This document shows positions 28,125 to 37,649 of a DNA stretch of 64,000 bases, piece by piece. Positions within the stretch are counted from its first letter, which is position 1. Every line of letters starts with the position of its first letter. Position numbers and translations under genes: made by a program. Source of the DNA: Spartobacteria bacterium (GTDB lineage: Bacteria > Verrucomicrobiota > Verrucomicrobiia > Chthoniobacterales > UBA10450). The DNA lies in the NCBI GenBank assembly GCA_040007175.1, contig JBDTVP010000008.1:1350-65349 (forward strand), in the 5' to 3' direction. Under the pieces are notes generated by a model. It was given only the letters and a program-made list of their open reading frames with translations. It had not been told where the DNA came from and made no database searches.

Positions 28125-29396
28125 ATGCTCGATATCCGCCTCATTCGCGACCAAACTGACTTTGTGAAAAGCCGGCTCGCGACGCGTGGCGGCGACGAGC
28201 AGCTCAAAATCGACGAAGTTCTCGCGGTCGACGCCGAGCGGCGCAAACTGGAGACCGCCCTGCAGCAGGGCAACGCCGACCGCAAACGCCTGAGCAAGGA
28301 AATCGGCGGCGCGCGCAGCCGGGGCGAAGATTCCGCCGCGGCGGAAGAGCGCGTCCGGCTGATCGGCGACGAGATCGCCGAGCTCGTTAGGCAAGCTACC
28401 CTCGCGGAAGAGCGGCAGCGCGATCTACTCCTCAATATTCCGAATCTCCCTCACGCGAATGCCCCGGTCGGAACGACTGCGGCGGAGAATCCGGTCGTGC
28501 GCACGTGGGGCGAGAAACCGGAATTTACCCATCCGGTGCTCGACCACGTTGCTTTGGGCGCGAAACTCAAACTCTTCGATGCCGAACGGGCGACGAAGTT
28601 GAGCGGGAGCGGTTTCATTTGTTTCACCGGTGCCGGGGCGCGGCTGGAGCGGTCGTTGATTCAGTTCATGCTCGATCTGCACACCCGCGAACATGGTTAC
28701 CTCGAGGTAAGCCCGCCTTTCCTCGTGCGGCGCGACTGCATGGTCGGCACAACCCAGCTGCCGAAATTTGAGGACGACATGTATGGGTTTGAGGACGGCG
28801 GAATGTTCCTCGCGCCGACCGCCGAGGTGCCGGTGACCAATCTGCACCGCGAAGAAATCCTCGCGGCCACGGAGTTGCCGAAGAAATACACCGCCTACAC
28901 GCCCTGTTTCCGCCGCGAGGCGGGCTCGGCCGGGCGCGAGACGCGCGGCATCATTCGCGTGCACCAGTTCGACAAGGTGGAGCTGGTCAAAATCACCGCA
29001 CCGGAAAACTCCGCAGTTGAGCACGAGGCCCTGACCGCGGACGCCGAACGCGTTTTGCAGTCGTTAGGCTTGCATTATCGCTTGATCGAACTTTGCACCG
29101 GGGATCTTGGTTTCGGTTCGGCCAAGACTTACGACCTTGAGGTTTGGTCGCCGGGACAAAACGCTTATCTGGAGGTCTCGAGCTGCTCGAACTTCGAAGA
29201 CTTCCAGGCGCGCCGGATGAATCTCCGGTTCAAGGACGCGGATGGAAAAAATCGTTTTTGCCACACCCTGAACGGCTCGGGCACGGCTTTACCGCGCCTC
29301 TTTGCGGCGCTGGTGGAGGCGGGGCAGCAGCCGGACGGTTCCGTTCGGATCCCAGAGCCGCTCCAACTCTACTTCGGCGCCCCGGAGATCCGTTAG
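28125..29396 (+). CDS. serS: Seryl-tRNA synthetase
   Basis: 423 aa. 'MLDIRLIRDQ' starts the coiled-coil arm, and class II motifs are present ('FRRE', 'GSGTALPR'). Confidence 0.97.
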   Translation: MLDIRLIRDQTDFVKSRLATRGGDEQLKIDEVLAVDAERRKLETALQQGNADRKRLSKEIGGARSRGEDSAAAEERVRLIGDEIAELVRQATLAEERQRDLLLNIPNLPHANAPVGTTAAENPVVRTWGEKPEFTHPVLDHVALGAKLKLFDAERATKLSGSGFICFTGAGARLERSLIQFMLDLHTREHGYLEVSPPFLVRRDCMVGTTQLPKFEDDMYGFEDGGMFLAPTAEVPVTNLHREEILAATELPKKYTAYTPCFRREAGSAGRETRGIIRVHQFDKVELVKITAPENSAVEHEALTADAERVLQSLGLHYRLIELCTGDLGFGSAKTYDLEVWSPGQNAYLEVSSCSNFEDFQARRMNLRFKDADGKNRFCHTLNGSGTALPRLFAALVEAGQQPDGSVRIPEPLQLYFGAPEIR

Positions 29397-30286
29397 GGCG
29401 AGGGTGACGTTCCTGCGAAAAGGTCGAGCTGACCGCGATCGTTAGGCGGAGCGGCCGTCCCCGCATCCGGGAGCGGCAGCTCGAAACCAAGGCGTTGCGC
29501 GAGGCGCTGGCAGGTCGCGGGCGAGAATCCTTCGTAATGATTATTGACGAACGTCCAGACGCTCCGGATTTCGTCGAGATGCCGCTGGATGCGTAAGGCC
29601 CAACTGTCCAGCGCCGCCTCCCGTTTCCAGAGCAGTTTCCCGTAACGATGGATCCGCTGGCCGCGCTCGTCGTACTTGGTCACGGAATCGCCGAGCAGCC
29701 GGAGATAGAGAAAATCGGTCGTGATCGGCTGCAATTCGAAGGGCGCCTGGTTCCGCTCGTTCAGCGGGCTCATGTCGGACCAGACCCAGCAGACCCGATG
29801 TTTCTCGAGCAAACGGATGAACTGCGGACGATGCCAGCCAGCGTGGCGAAATTCGATCGCGAACCGGTAATCGCCCGGCAATTGCGCGACAAAATTCCGG
29901 AAGGCGCTCTTCTCCTCTTTCGGCTCGTAGGAAGGTGGTAATTGAATGAGCACCACGCGCAACTTCGGCGCCAGCGGCTCGAGCGCGCGGAGGAATGCGG
30001 TCAACTCCGGCCCGCAATCGCGCAGCCGACGCTGATGGGTGATCTCGCGCGGTAACTTGCAGGCGAAGCGGAACTGCGGCGGCGTCATGTCGACCCAGCG
30101 CTGGGCAATCGCTTCCGCCGGCGCGCTGTAAAAAGTCGAGTCGATCTCGACCGCCGGAAAATGGCGGGCATAGAATTCGAGCCAGCGATTCGACGGCCAA
30201 TCCTTCGGATAAAGAGGGCCGCTCCATTCGTCGAAGCTCCAGGCGCAGGTGCCGATCCGGATTTTCTGCTGCTCGGTCAGGTTCAA
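29393..30286 (-). CDS. DUF72 (UPF0759) family protein
   Basis: 'IRIGTCAWSFDEW...FYARHFPAVEIDSTFY' is the DUF72 signature. Its stop overlaps the serS stop in a 4-nt TTAG/CTAA. Confidence 0.9.
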   Translation of the reverse strand: MNLTEQQKIRIGTCAWSFDEWSGPLYPKDWPSNRWLEFYARHFPAVEIDSTFYSAPAEAIAQRWVDMTPPQFRFACKLPREITHQRRLRDCGPELTAFLRALEPLAPKLRVVLIQLPPSYEPKEEKSAFRNFVAQLPGDYRFAIEFRHAGWHRPQFIRLLEKHRVCWVWSDMSPLNERNQAPFELQPITTDFLYLRLLGDSVTKYDERGQRIHRYGKLLWKREAALDSWALRIQRHLDEIRSVWTFVNNHYEGFSPATCQRLAQRLGFELPLPDAGTAAPPNDRGQLDLFAGTSPSP

Positions 30287-30449
30287 AATGTGGCTCGATC
30301 ATCGTCCGGAAGTCCCGGCGCGCGTCGCTCTCCTGCATCGTATCGAATCGCAAGGTCGCGTCGCGCTTTTTCCAAGCGGATTTTCCCACGCGACAGGCCG
30401 GGTGCCCGGCTTGACGGGGTGTGCATCGTTCATTACCCTGCGAATCCCA

Positions 30450-31718
30450 ATGACCTTCCGAGTACGCTTCCTACTTTTATGCGCCGCGGCCTGCGTGGCG
30501 TTTCCGGAGCGGAGTCCCGCGCCGGTGGTCTTTCGCCCGACTGAAAAAGCGAAATACAAGGCTCCCGGCAACGAAGAGCTCATCATTGGCAACGCCAATG
30601 AGATGTTTAGCCAGGCCGAGGCGGCCGAAAGGGACGGGGCACGCGGCCGGGCGATCAAGATTTACAAGAAAATGGTGAAACGCTATCCGCGTTCCGACCG
30701 CTCGCCGGAAGCGACCTGGCGCGCCGGCCGCCTGACTGAGGAGAGCGGCGATCAGCTCAAGGCGGCCGCGATTTACCGGGGACTAATGGAGGTCTACCCG
30801 CAGACTCCGCATTTCCAGGAAGCGATCGAAGCGCAGTTTCGGATCGGCGAAATTTTTCTGAATGGGAAAAAGAAAAAAGTCTTCGGCGTGCCGATAGGTT
30901 CCTCGCTCGATGAGGCGGTGGAAATTTTCGCCGCGATCGTGCGGAGCGCGCCTTACGGCCGCTACACGGCCCGCGCGCAATTCGATATCGGCCGGGCCCG
31001 TGAAAAACAAGGTTCCGCCGATCTCGCGATTGAGGCTTACCAGGCGGTGGTGGAGAAATTTCCGACCGATCCGTTGGCCGTCGATGCGCAATATCAGATT
31101 GGCTATATCTGGCTCAGCGCCACCCGCGCTGGCACCTACGATCCGGACGCGGCCGACAAGGCGCGGACCGCATTTCAAGATTTCCTCTTTCGTTTTCCGA
31201 AGAGTGAGAAGGCCCCGCAGGCACGCCAAAATCTCGGCCTACTCGAGCAGCGCCTGACCAAGGGGTCGCTCGATATCGCGAAATATTACGACAAGGCAAA
31301 AAACTACCGTGCTGCCGTCCTCTATTATAACGAGGTAATCCGGCAGCAGCCCGGGTCCTCCGCGAGCCAGATCGCCAAGACGCGGATCGAACAATTGCGC
31401 TCCAAAGTCGGCGATGCCGCCTTGCAGTCGGCCGCCGAAGTTGCCGAAAAGCGAGCGAAGGCGAATCCTAAAAAATCAGTCGCTCAGTCGCGGAACTCCG
31501 CTCCATCCGGCGCCGAGGAACGCGCCCCGGTCCCGCCGGAGTTGCGTGGCAATCCCAGCGATCTCGCGCCTCTTCCGCCGCCAGCGGATGCTGACTCTCT
31601 CCCGCCACCGGCTTCGATCGACAGTTCTGCGCTGCCTGATCTCTCCGCCTCGCCGGAGCCTTCGACCACTCCGGAGCCCGCCGCGTCGCCGGAGACTTCC
31701 GCCACGCCCACCCCATAG
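30450..31718 (+). CDS. BamD/YfiO-like TPR lipoprotein (outer membrane protein assembly factor-like) with Pro/Ser/Thr-rich tail
   Basis: The ATG at 30450 gives the signal peptide 'MTFRVRFLLLCAAACVAF'. TPR-like repeats ('AIKIYKKMVKRYPRSDRSPEATWRAGRL...') are typical of BamD. The C-terminal 90 aa is low complexity. Confidence 0.7.
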   Translation: MTFRVRFLLLCAAACVAFPERSPAPVVFRPTEKAKYKAPGNEELIIGNANEMFSQAEAAERDGARGRAIKIYKKMVKRYPRSDRSPEATWRAGRLTEESGDQLKAAAIYRGLMEVYPQTPHFQEAIEAQFRIGEIFLNGKKKKVFGVPIGSSLDEAVEIFAAIVRSAPYGRYTARAQFDIGRAREKQGSADLAIEAYQAVVEKFPTDPLAVDAQYQIGYIWLSATRAGTYDPDAADKARTAFQDFLFRFPKSEKAPQARQNLGLLEQRLTKGSLDIAKYYDKAKNYRAAVLYYNEVIRQQPGSSASQIAKTRIEQLRSKVGDAALQSAAEVAEKRAKANPKKSVAQSRNSAPSGAEERAPVPPELRGNPSDLAPLPPPADADSLPPPASIDSSALPDLSASPEPSTTPEPAASPETSATPTP

Positions 31719-31720
31719 CG

Positions 31721-32230
31721 GTGAAAACGCTGGCTGGCGCCGCACTCCTCCTCCTTTCATTAGGCGGATGCGCTGGCTATCATATCGGACCGGTCCAACC
31801 CTATCACTTGCGGAGCGTGCACAGTATTGCTGTTCCGACTTTTGATAACAAAACTCTCGCCCCGCGCATCGCCGTGCTCGTGACCGACAGCGTCATTAAA
31901 CAATTCCAGCAGGATGGCACCTACCGCATCGCCGGCGACGACCAGGCCGATGCCATTCTGAAGGGCGAGATCACCCGCATCTCCCGCAACCCGGCGCGCT
32001 CCGTTCGCGGAAATGTGCTCGCCACGACAGAGTTCAATCTCACCCTGCGCGTGCGTTATTCCCTCGTGGAACGCAAGGGAGGCCGCGTCCTGACCGCGCC
32101 GGTCGAGGTCGTCGGCACGACCAGTTTTTTTGTCGGCCCCGACATCACTTCCGATCAACGGCAAGCTCTGCCACTGGCGGCGGAGGAACTGGCGGTGCGC
32201 CTCGTTAGCCAGCTCAGCGAAGGCTGGTAG
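31721..32230 (+). CDS. LptE-like LPS-assembly lipoprotein
   Basis: 169 aa with a GTG start and the lipobox 'LSLGGC'. 'VPTFDNKTLAPRI' and the size fit the LptE family. It is adjacent to the BamD-like gene. Confidence 0.6.
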   Translation: MKTLAGAALLLLSLGGCAGYHIGPVQPYHLRSVHSIAVPTFDNKTLAPRIAVLVTDSVIKQFQQDGTYRIAGDDQADAILKGEITRISRNPARSVRGNVLATTEFNLTLRVRYSLVERKGGRVLTAPVEVVGTTSFFVGPDITSDQRQALPLAAEELAVRLVSQLSEGW

Positions 32231-32231
32231 C

Positions 32232-33110
32232 GTGAAAGGCGAAGAAAAGCTCTGGCGTATCCTGCAGGATAAGCTGGAAATGCTCCGCGCCGGCGACCGT
32301 CTGCACGATGCGTTGCGGGTCGCCGAGACCGCGCTTGATCTGGCCCTGCGAGTTTTCCCCGAAGGCGATCCGACGCGCGCCCTCAGCTACGAGCGGCTCG
32401 GTCAGATTCACGACCAGCTCGGAGAAATCAAAGAGGCCAAAGCCTGCCTGGCCAAAGCTCTGCAAATCATCGAAGCGATTGAGCCAATGGACCAGCGGGC
32501 GATCTACCGGATTGCGCGTCGCCTGGCCTATCTGTGCGACACCGCGGGCCGCGAGACCGACGCGATCGGCTTCTACGAAAAGGCGATTAAGGCCGCGAGC
32601 CAGCTCGACAATGTGCTCCACTCCGACCTCGGCACGATGCTCAACAACGTCGCACTCATCTACCGCCGCAGCGGAGGGCAAAAAGCGGCCGAGCCGTACT
32701 ACCTGCAGGCGCTCGATCTCTACGAAAAACAACTTGGACTCGACCACCCCGACGTCGCGGCGGTCCTGAATAACCTCGGCGTTTTCTACACCAGCGAGGG
32801 ACGTTTCGCCGAGGCGGAAGCAATGCATCAACGCGCCCTCGCCATTCGACGCAAGGCGAGTCCCAACGGCGGTTCCGACATTGCACAATCGAACTGCAAC
32901 CTCGCGGTCGTCTACCATTCACAGGGCAACCTCGACCGCGCCGGCGAGCTTTATCGCGAATCGCTCCGCGGTTGGGATGACGTGGAGAAGCCCCCTGCCG
33001 ACTACGAAATCGTGGCCTCGAATTACGCCGATCTCCTCCGTTCGTTAGGCAAGAAGCGCAAGGCGGGTGCGATCGAATCCCGCGCCCGCAAACGGCGCGC
33101 CCACCTCTAG
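32232..33110 (+). CDS. TPR protein (kinesin-light-chain-like TPR_10/12 repeats)
   Basis: Repeated 42-aa units ('VAAVLNNLGVFYTSEGRFAEAEAMHQRALAI'). The GTG at 32232 lies 1 nt after the LptE-like stop. The ORF is open from 32130. Confidence 0.75.
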   Translation: MKGEEKLWRILQDKLEMLRAGDRLHDALRVAETALDLALRVFPEGDPTRALSYERLGQIHDQLGEIKEAKACLAKALQIIEAIEPMDQRAIYRIARRLAYLCDTAGRETDAIGFYEKAIKAASQLDNVLHSDLGTMLNNVALIYRRSGGQKAAEPYYLQALDLYEKQLGLDHPDVAAVLNNLGVFYTSEGRFAEAEAMHQRALAIRRKASPNGGSDIAQSNCNLAVVYHSQGNLDRAGELYRESLRGWDDVEKPPADYEIVASNYADLLRSLGKKRKAGAIESRARKRRAHL

Positions 33111-33184
33111 CCGACGGCGCGCGGCGACAGGATCTGCTTGCGGTCGCAGCGGCGGCGGGCAACTTACAGGCCGCTCGACGCGAC

Positions 33185-33265
33185 GCTCACGTGGCGGAAT
33201 GGCAGACGCGTACGGCTCAGAACCGTATGGGGAAACTCGTGGAGGTTCGACTCCTCTCGTGAGCA
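33185..33265 (+). tRNA. tRNA-Leu (anticodon CAG), class II with long variable arm
   Basis: Hand-folded: acceptor GCTCACG/CGTGAGC, anticodon stem TACGG/CCGTA, loop CTCAGAA, 13-nt variable arm, T-arm GGAGG-TTCGACT-CCTCT, discriminator A. Confidence 0.9.
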
Positions 33266-33303
33266 AGCGCGCTGCTGAGCGCGCACTTCGGTGCGAGCCC
33301 TGC

Positions 33304-35526
33304 CTAACGACCGAAAAGACCGCGGAGTCCGCCGCGCGATTCCGGCTTGGCCGTCAATTCGGCCGGCCAGCATTCCACGATCTCGAGCGCGAGGAAGCGG
33401 AAGAGCGTGAGGCGGGCAAACTTGATATCGAGCCGCAGGTTTTTCGAAATCTGCGCGATTGAACGGCTGCCATTGAACTGCGACGCGAATTGCGCTTCCG
33501 CCACGGTCAGGCGCAACTGCTGCACGCGCGCGTAACCGTCGCGGGTGTAGGCCGGGACGGAGGAAGTTTCCGCCATCGTCTTCGACCCGATCTCCTCGTA
33601 TTGCACGAAGCGCAGAGTGCTCAGGGCCCATTGATCGATGCTCTCCTCGGCCGGAGGCAGTTCGTTCGCGTAGGCGGGCAAGCCCTGTTGCTCAAAGGTG
33701 AACCGGACGCGGTCGGTCCAGAGCTGGGAAAAAAGTTTCTGCCCGTAATGTTGCACCAGTTGCAGGCCCGGTTCGCGCAGGATGAGACCCTCCTTCGCCA
33801 GGGTAACAAAAAGTGGGCAGCCATCTTGCACCTGCCGCGCGCGGGCCGCGTCGATTTTTTCCCGCTCGACGTTCAGCAAAGTGACCGGCGCTTCTTCGCA
33901 ATAAAGGCTCGGGTTGCGCGTCGTGACGAGCACCACGCGACCAGACTGAGCCAGCATCTCGACCGAATCGCGGGACCAGAAGGCGTGCAGCGTGCCGGTC
34001 AATTTCTCGCGGGCGATCGTCTGCAGTGCCCAATGGAGCGAGAAAAAGCTCGAGTCGCCGCAGAAATAAGCGGCGCTGGAGGCGATCGCCTCCTCGCCCT
34101 TAGGAGGAGCGGTTGCGCTAGAATCCGCAACGGGCGCTTGCTCGTCTACGCGGACGGGCGTGAAATCAGTTCCAGTCGAGTCGGCCGGTTGGCGCGGAGT
34201 TTCCGACGACGACGCCGCGGCCGGCACAACGGGAGCAGGCAAATCAATCGGAGCCGGTTGCTGACTGATGCCGGGCGCCCCGGGAGGGATGGCCGGTCGG
34301 GGTGTAGGCGGGAGAAAAGACTTCCGTGCTGGCGGAACGCTCTTGGTTTGGCTCGGTGCCGGTTTTTCGCCGGCCAGATAACTTTGCACTGCGTTGATCA
34401 GCGACTCGGAAGTAAACGGCTTGCTCAGGGAACCAATCACGTTCGGGATCTCGCCGCGATCGGGCTGGAGATCGCTCCCGAAGCCCGACACGTAGACCAC
34501 GGGAATCTTCGCCGTCGCCGGCTCCGCGACGAGGCGGCGGCAGACTTCGTCGCCTTTCATGTCGGGCAAAACGAAATCCAACAAAATCAGATCGGGCAAT
34601 TCGGCCCGGCAAACCTCGAACCCTTCCTCGCCCGTGGCCGCGGTCACCACAGCGTAACCTTGCTCGTCGAGAATCTCTTTCACGAAACTGAGCAGCATCG
34701 CGCTATCGTCGATCACCAGGATCTTTTTCCCGGTCGATTTCGGCCCGTCTGTCGCTGCGGATTCTTCGCTTTCGCGCGATTCATCAATGTTGCGCACCGC
34801 TTCCATGAGCAGCACTTGCCAATCGAGCTCGATCGTTTGCGGAGTTCCCGGCGGCACTGGCACTTCGGAAATCATGCCACCCTTCCAATCGACAATTTCG
34901 TTGAAAGCGGCCAATCCTTCCCGGCCCGGAGTCGCGGCGTGTCGCACCTGGCCATTCTTAAAATAAACCCGCGCTTTTTCGCCCCGCGGTCCGGTGAATT
35001 CCAGCATCGAAGTAGCACCGCTGATGCACTTGAGCTGGATAATGTCGGCGATATGAAGATCGCTCAACGTTCCCTGGAAACGTTCGCCCTCCGCGTCATC
35101 CGGCGGCACGAGGAGAGCCTCCGCCAGCGCCATGAAGTCAGCGCGCGGGAAAGGCTTTTCGAGGAAATGGATCGCGCCCAGTCCCGCCACCTGCTCGCGC
35201 TCCGTCGTAAAATGAATCGCGGTCAGGATGATGGCACGGGCATCGGGATTACTGGTGCGAAGATCGTAAATGAAGTCCTGCGCCAGATCGTAGGTCGCGT
35301 CGACATCGAGCACGAAGAGCGAGGGTCGCTGCGAAACAGCCAGTTGTTGTGCCTCGCCTAACGAAAGCGCAATTGTCGCAGTCGCCTCCGGGGCGGCTTC
35401 GCGCAAAGCCGCAACGATTTCGGCGGCAACTTTTTCATCCGGTCCCAGGATCAAAACCTGAAGAGCGCGGGAAGATGGAATGGCGGGCGAGTTTACTTCG
35501 TTCACAGTGCTAGACAGCTGTGACAA
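33304..35526 (-). CDS. Multidomain signalling protein: REC-like, DUF4388/PATAN, canonical REC, Pro-rich linker, second PATAN-like region plus C-terminal helical domain
   Basis: 740 aa. 'FQGTLSDLHIADIIQLKCISGATSMLEF...VYFKNGQVRHA...GLAAFNEIVDWKGG' fits DUF4388. 'KILVIDDSAMLL...DLILLDFVLPDMKGDEV...SKPF' is a canonical receiver. The start is TTG (uncertain). The stop TAG lies inside the motif at 33303. Confidence 0.75.
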   Translation of the reverse strand: MSQLSSTVNEVNSPAIPSSRALQVLILGPDEKVAAEIVAALREAAPEATATIALSLGEAQQLAVSQRPSLFVLDVDATYDLAQDFIYDLRTSNPDARAIILTAIHFTTEREQVAGLGAIHFLEKPFPRADFMALAEALLVPPDDAEGERFQGTLSDLHIADIIQLKCISGATSMLEFTGPRGEKARVYFKNGQVRHAATPGREGLAAFNEIVDWKGGMISEVPVPPGTPQTIELDWQVLLMEAVRNIDESRESEESAATDGPKSTGKKILVIDDSAMLLSFVKEILDEQGYAVVTAATGEEGFEVCRAELPDLILLDFVLPDMKGDEVCRRLVAEPATAKIPVVYVSGFGSDLQPDRGEIPNVIGSLSKPFTSESLINAVQSYLAGEKPAPSQTKSVPPARKSFLPPTPRPAIPPGAPGISQQPAPIDLPAPVVPAAASSSETPRQPADSTGTDFTPVRVDEQAPVADSSATAPPKGEEAIASSAAYFCGDSSFFSLHWALQTIAREKLTGTLHAFWSRDSVEMLAQSGRVVLVTTRNPSLYCEEAPVTLLNVEREKIDAARARQVQDGCPLFVTLAKEGLILREPGLQLVQHYGQKLFSQLWTDRVRFTFEQQGLPAYANELPPAEESIDQWALSTLRFVQYEEIGSKTMAETSSVPAYTRDGYARVQQLRLTVAEAQFASQFNGSRSIAQISKNLRLDIKFARLTLFRFLALEIVECWPAELTAKPESRGGLRGLFGR

Positions 35527-35721
35527 AGCAATTTCTCCGCCACGGGCACCGTCTTAGCTCTAGGAATGCCCGCTCCGTGCGAAATGGAAAGTCTTTTTTC
35601 GCCTCTGCAGAAGCCGCGCCAAACAGCCCGGCAGAAGGTAATTGGACCTCCGCCATGCGTCGCACCTACCGAAAACCCCGTTCGCCGGGTCTGGCCCGGC
35701 GCCGGTGCTCAGTCCCGGGAC

Positions 35722-35844
35722 TTAGTTGGTATGCACACCAGTCGTCACGGCATGCCCGCTATCCGTTCTCACTGTGGTCGAGCAACTGGAGAAAGCCGCG
35801 AGCATGATGATGGCGCCGAGTGTGGAAAGAAGAATGGTTCGCAT
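35722..35844 (-). CDS. Small (40 aa) putative lipoprotein, below the ORF-track cutoff
   Basis: Hand translation: MRTILLSTLGAIIMLAAFSSCSTTVRTDSGHAVTTGVHTN*. It has a signal-peptide-like hydrophobic core and a Cys at position 21. It has the same orientation as its flanking genes in a 396-nt gap. Confidence 0.4.
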   Translation of the reverse strand: MRTILLSTLGAIIMLAAFSSCSTTVRTDSGHAVTTGVHTN

Positions 35845-35922
35845 AATTAGTCTTGGTTTAACTCTTAATCGTAAACGGTTGCCAGAGCGGGCGTCCGGTC
35901 AATCGATTGTTATGCAAAAAAG

Positions 35923-37311
35923 TTAGGCCATAAAATATTCCGCCAGTTCGCGCCGACTGATCTTGCCGCGTTCGTTCGCAGGCAGAGATTCCAAAAGGAA
36001 AATCCGCTTCGGCACCTGCCAGCCGCTCAGCCGGCCCCGGCAAAACTCGAGCAACACTGCTTCTTCCAGTTCGCCCGCCGCGACCACACAGGCGATCACT
36101 TCCTGGTTACGCAAAGCGGAGGCGCGCCCGAAAACGACCGCCTGCCGGACGCTCTCATGCGCGAGCAGATGCGCCTCGACTTCGGCCGGGTTCACTTTTT
36201 TTCCCGCCACGTTGATCACATCCGAAAGTCGTCCCACAATCCGCAGGCCCTTTTCGCCTAACGTCACCAGATCGTCTGGCCGAAAAGAACCGTCGCCCAG
36301 TTTATCCGATTCCGACTCGGGAAAATAGCCATCTCCAACGGCTGCACTCCGGACCCGGATCTGGGTCGCAGCGCCGTTCTGCTCTTCCGCCTGCAATTCG
36401 ACGCCCTCCAACGCGGCCCCCACAAATCCTTCCGTCTCACTGGTCGCCGCGCGGTCATAGCAAATCCCGCCGCACTCCGAAGCACCATAGAAGGAATGAA
36501 TTGCGAGCCCGAATTTCTCCCGAAAATTTCGCGCCACATTCCGACTCAGCGGCGCGCCGGCAGAAATGCACAGGCGCAGTTTCGGCAGCTCGAGCGTCGG
36601 TTCCATTTCGCTAAAGGCCTGGAAAAAAAGCGGCATCCCTGGGAAGACTGTCGCCTCAGTTCGCGCCAGGTCGTCGAGCACCGCACGCGGTATCCGGTCC
36701 GTGCTGATCGCCAACGGCACACCGCGCGCCAGGAGCGGCGTGATCAAATTGCTGAACCCGTAGGAATGCGAGAGCGGGATGACCGCGAAATTCAAATCCG
36801 CGTCGGTGATTCCCATCGTCTCGCAAATCTGGATCGCATCTGCGAGCAGTTGCGCGCCGCGAAAACGAATCGCGCGCGGGGCCGCGGTCGTGCCAGAAGT
36901 GAGTTTGAGCAAGACAGGCGGTCGATCGCCCCAGTCGATCGCCTGGCGCGGCTCGAGTCGCTCGATCGGCCGCTCGGGAGCGTGGAACAAACTGGCGACC
37001 CGGCAGGACTGCAAGGCCGCGGCGCGCTCTCGTTCGCTCACCGTCTGCTCGATTGGCAGCACGACCAGACCGCGCCGCAGCGCCGCGAGAAAATAAGCCG
37101 GCCAATGCGGGTGATTGCCAATCTGGAACGCCACGATTTCCCCAGGAGCGAGCCCTTCCAGACTCTCCTGCTCGAGCCGGCGGCTCAGTTCTTCGATCTC
37201 GCCGAAGCGGAACAAAATTTGGCGCTGCCGGTCGAAGATCGCCGGGTCATCTTCCCGCCGACGCCACGTCTCGTCCCACGCCAGGAGGAGCGGATCGGCA
37301 CGATTCATCAC
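35923..37311 (-). CDS. AMP-dependent synthetase/ligase (acyl-CoA synthetase / adenylation family)
   Basis: 462 aa with the '[14 protein letters not shown]' AMP-binding core motif, 'YGASECGG', and a C-terminal 'GKISRREL' A10 lysine motif. Confidence 0.85.
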   Translation of the reverse strand: MMNRADPLLLAWDETWRRREDDPAIFDRQRQILFRFGEIEELSRRLEQESLEGLAPGEIVAFQIGNHPHWPAYFLAALRRGLVVLPIEQTVSERERAAALQSCRVASLFHAPERPIERLEPRQAIDWGDRPPVLLKLTSGTTAAPRAIRFRGAQLLADAIQICETMGITDADLNFAVIPLSHSYGFSNLITPLLARGVPLAISTDRIPRAVLDDLARTEATVFPGMPLFFQAFSEMEPTLELPKLRLCISAGAPLSRNVARNFREKFGLAIHSFYGASECGGICYDRAATSETEGFVGAALEGVELQAEEQNGAATQIRVRSAAVGDGYFPESESDKLGDGSFRPDDLVTLGEKGLRIVGRLSDVINVAGKKVNPAEVEAHLLAHESVRQAVVFGRASALRNQEVIACVVAAGELEEAVLLEFCRGRLSGWQVPKRIFLLESLPANERGKISRRELAEYFMA

Positions 37312-37358
37312 TTGCAGCCCCCAGCTTCTCCGGCTACTGTGCCAACTCTTTTTCCACT

Positions 37359-37592
37359 ATGAAAACGGACATTCATCCTGACTATAACGCGACGGAAATT
37401 AGCTGCGCCTGCGGCGCGGTCTACCATACCCGCTCGACCCGCCGGGATATCAAAATCGGCATTTGTGCCGCCTGCCATCCGTTCTTCACCGGTGAACAAA
37501 AGTTCGTCGATACCGCGGGCCGCGTCGAGAAATTTACCCGGCGCTATGGCAGCGTGAAGGCGACCCGCGCCGGCGCCCCGAAAAAAGTTTAG
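37359..37592 (+). CDS. rpmE: 50S ribosomal protein L31 (Zn-binding type)
   Basis: '[19 protein letters not shown]...[29 protein letters not shown]'. Confidence 0.95.
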   Translation: MKTDIHPDYNATEISCACGAVYHTRSTRRDIKIGICAACHPFFTGEQKFVDTAGRVEKFTRRYGSVKATRAGAPKKV

Positions 37593-37649
37593 CTGATTTC
37601 GCCTAACGAACGGTGATTGCGCCCTGGCGTGCAATCGCCGTTTTTGTTT

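Noticed and set aside
33490-35361. 623-aa ORF on the + strand
   Set aside because: It is entirely antisense to the REC-PATAN gene, whose product has clear domain signatures. The translation is Arg/Gly/Ala-rich low-complexity sequence, typical of antisense frames in GC-rich DNA.
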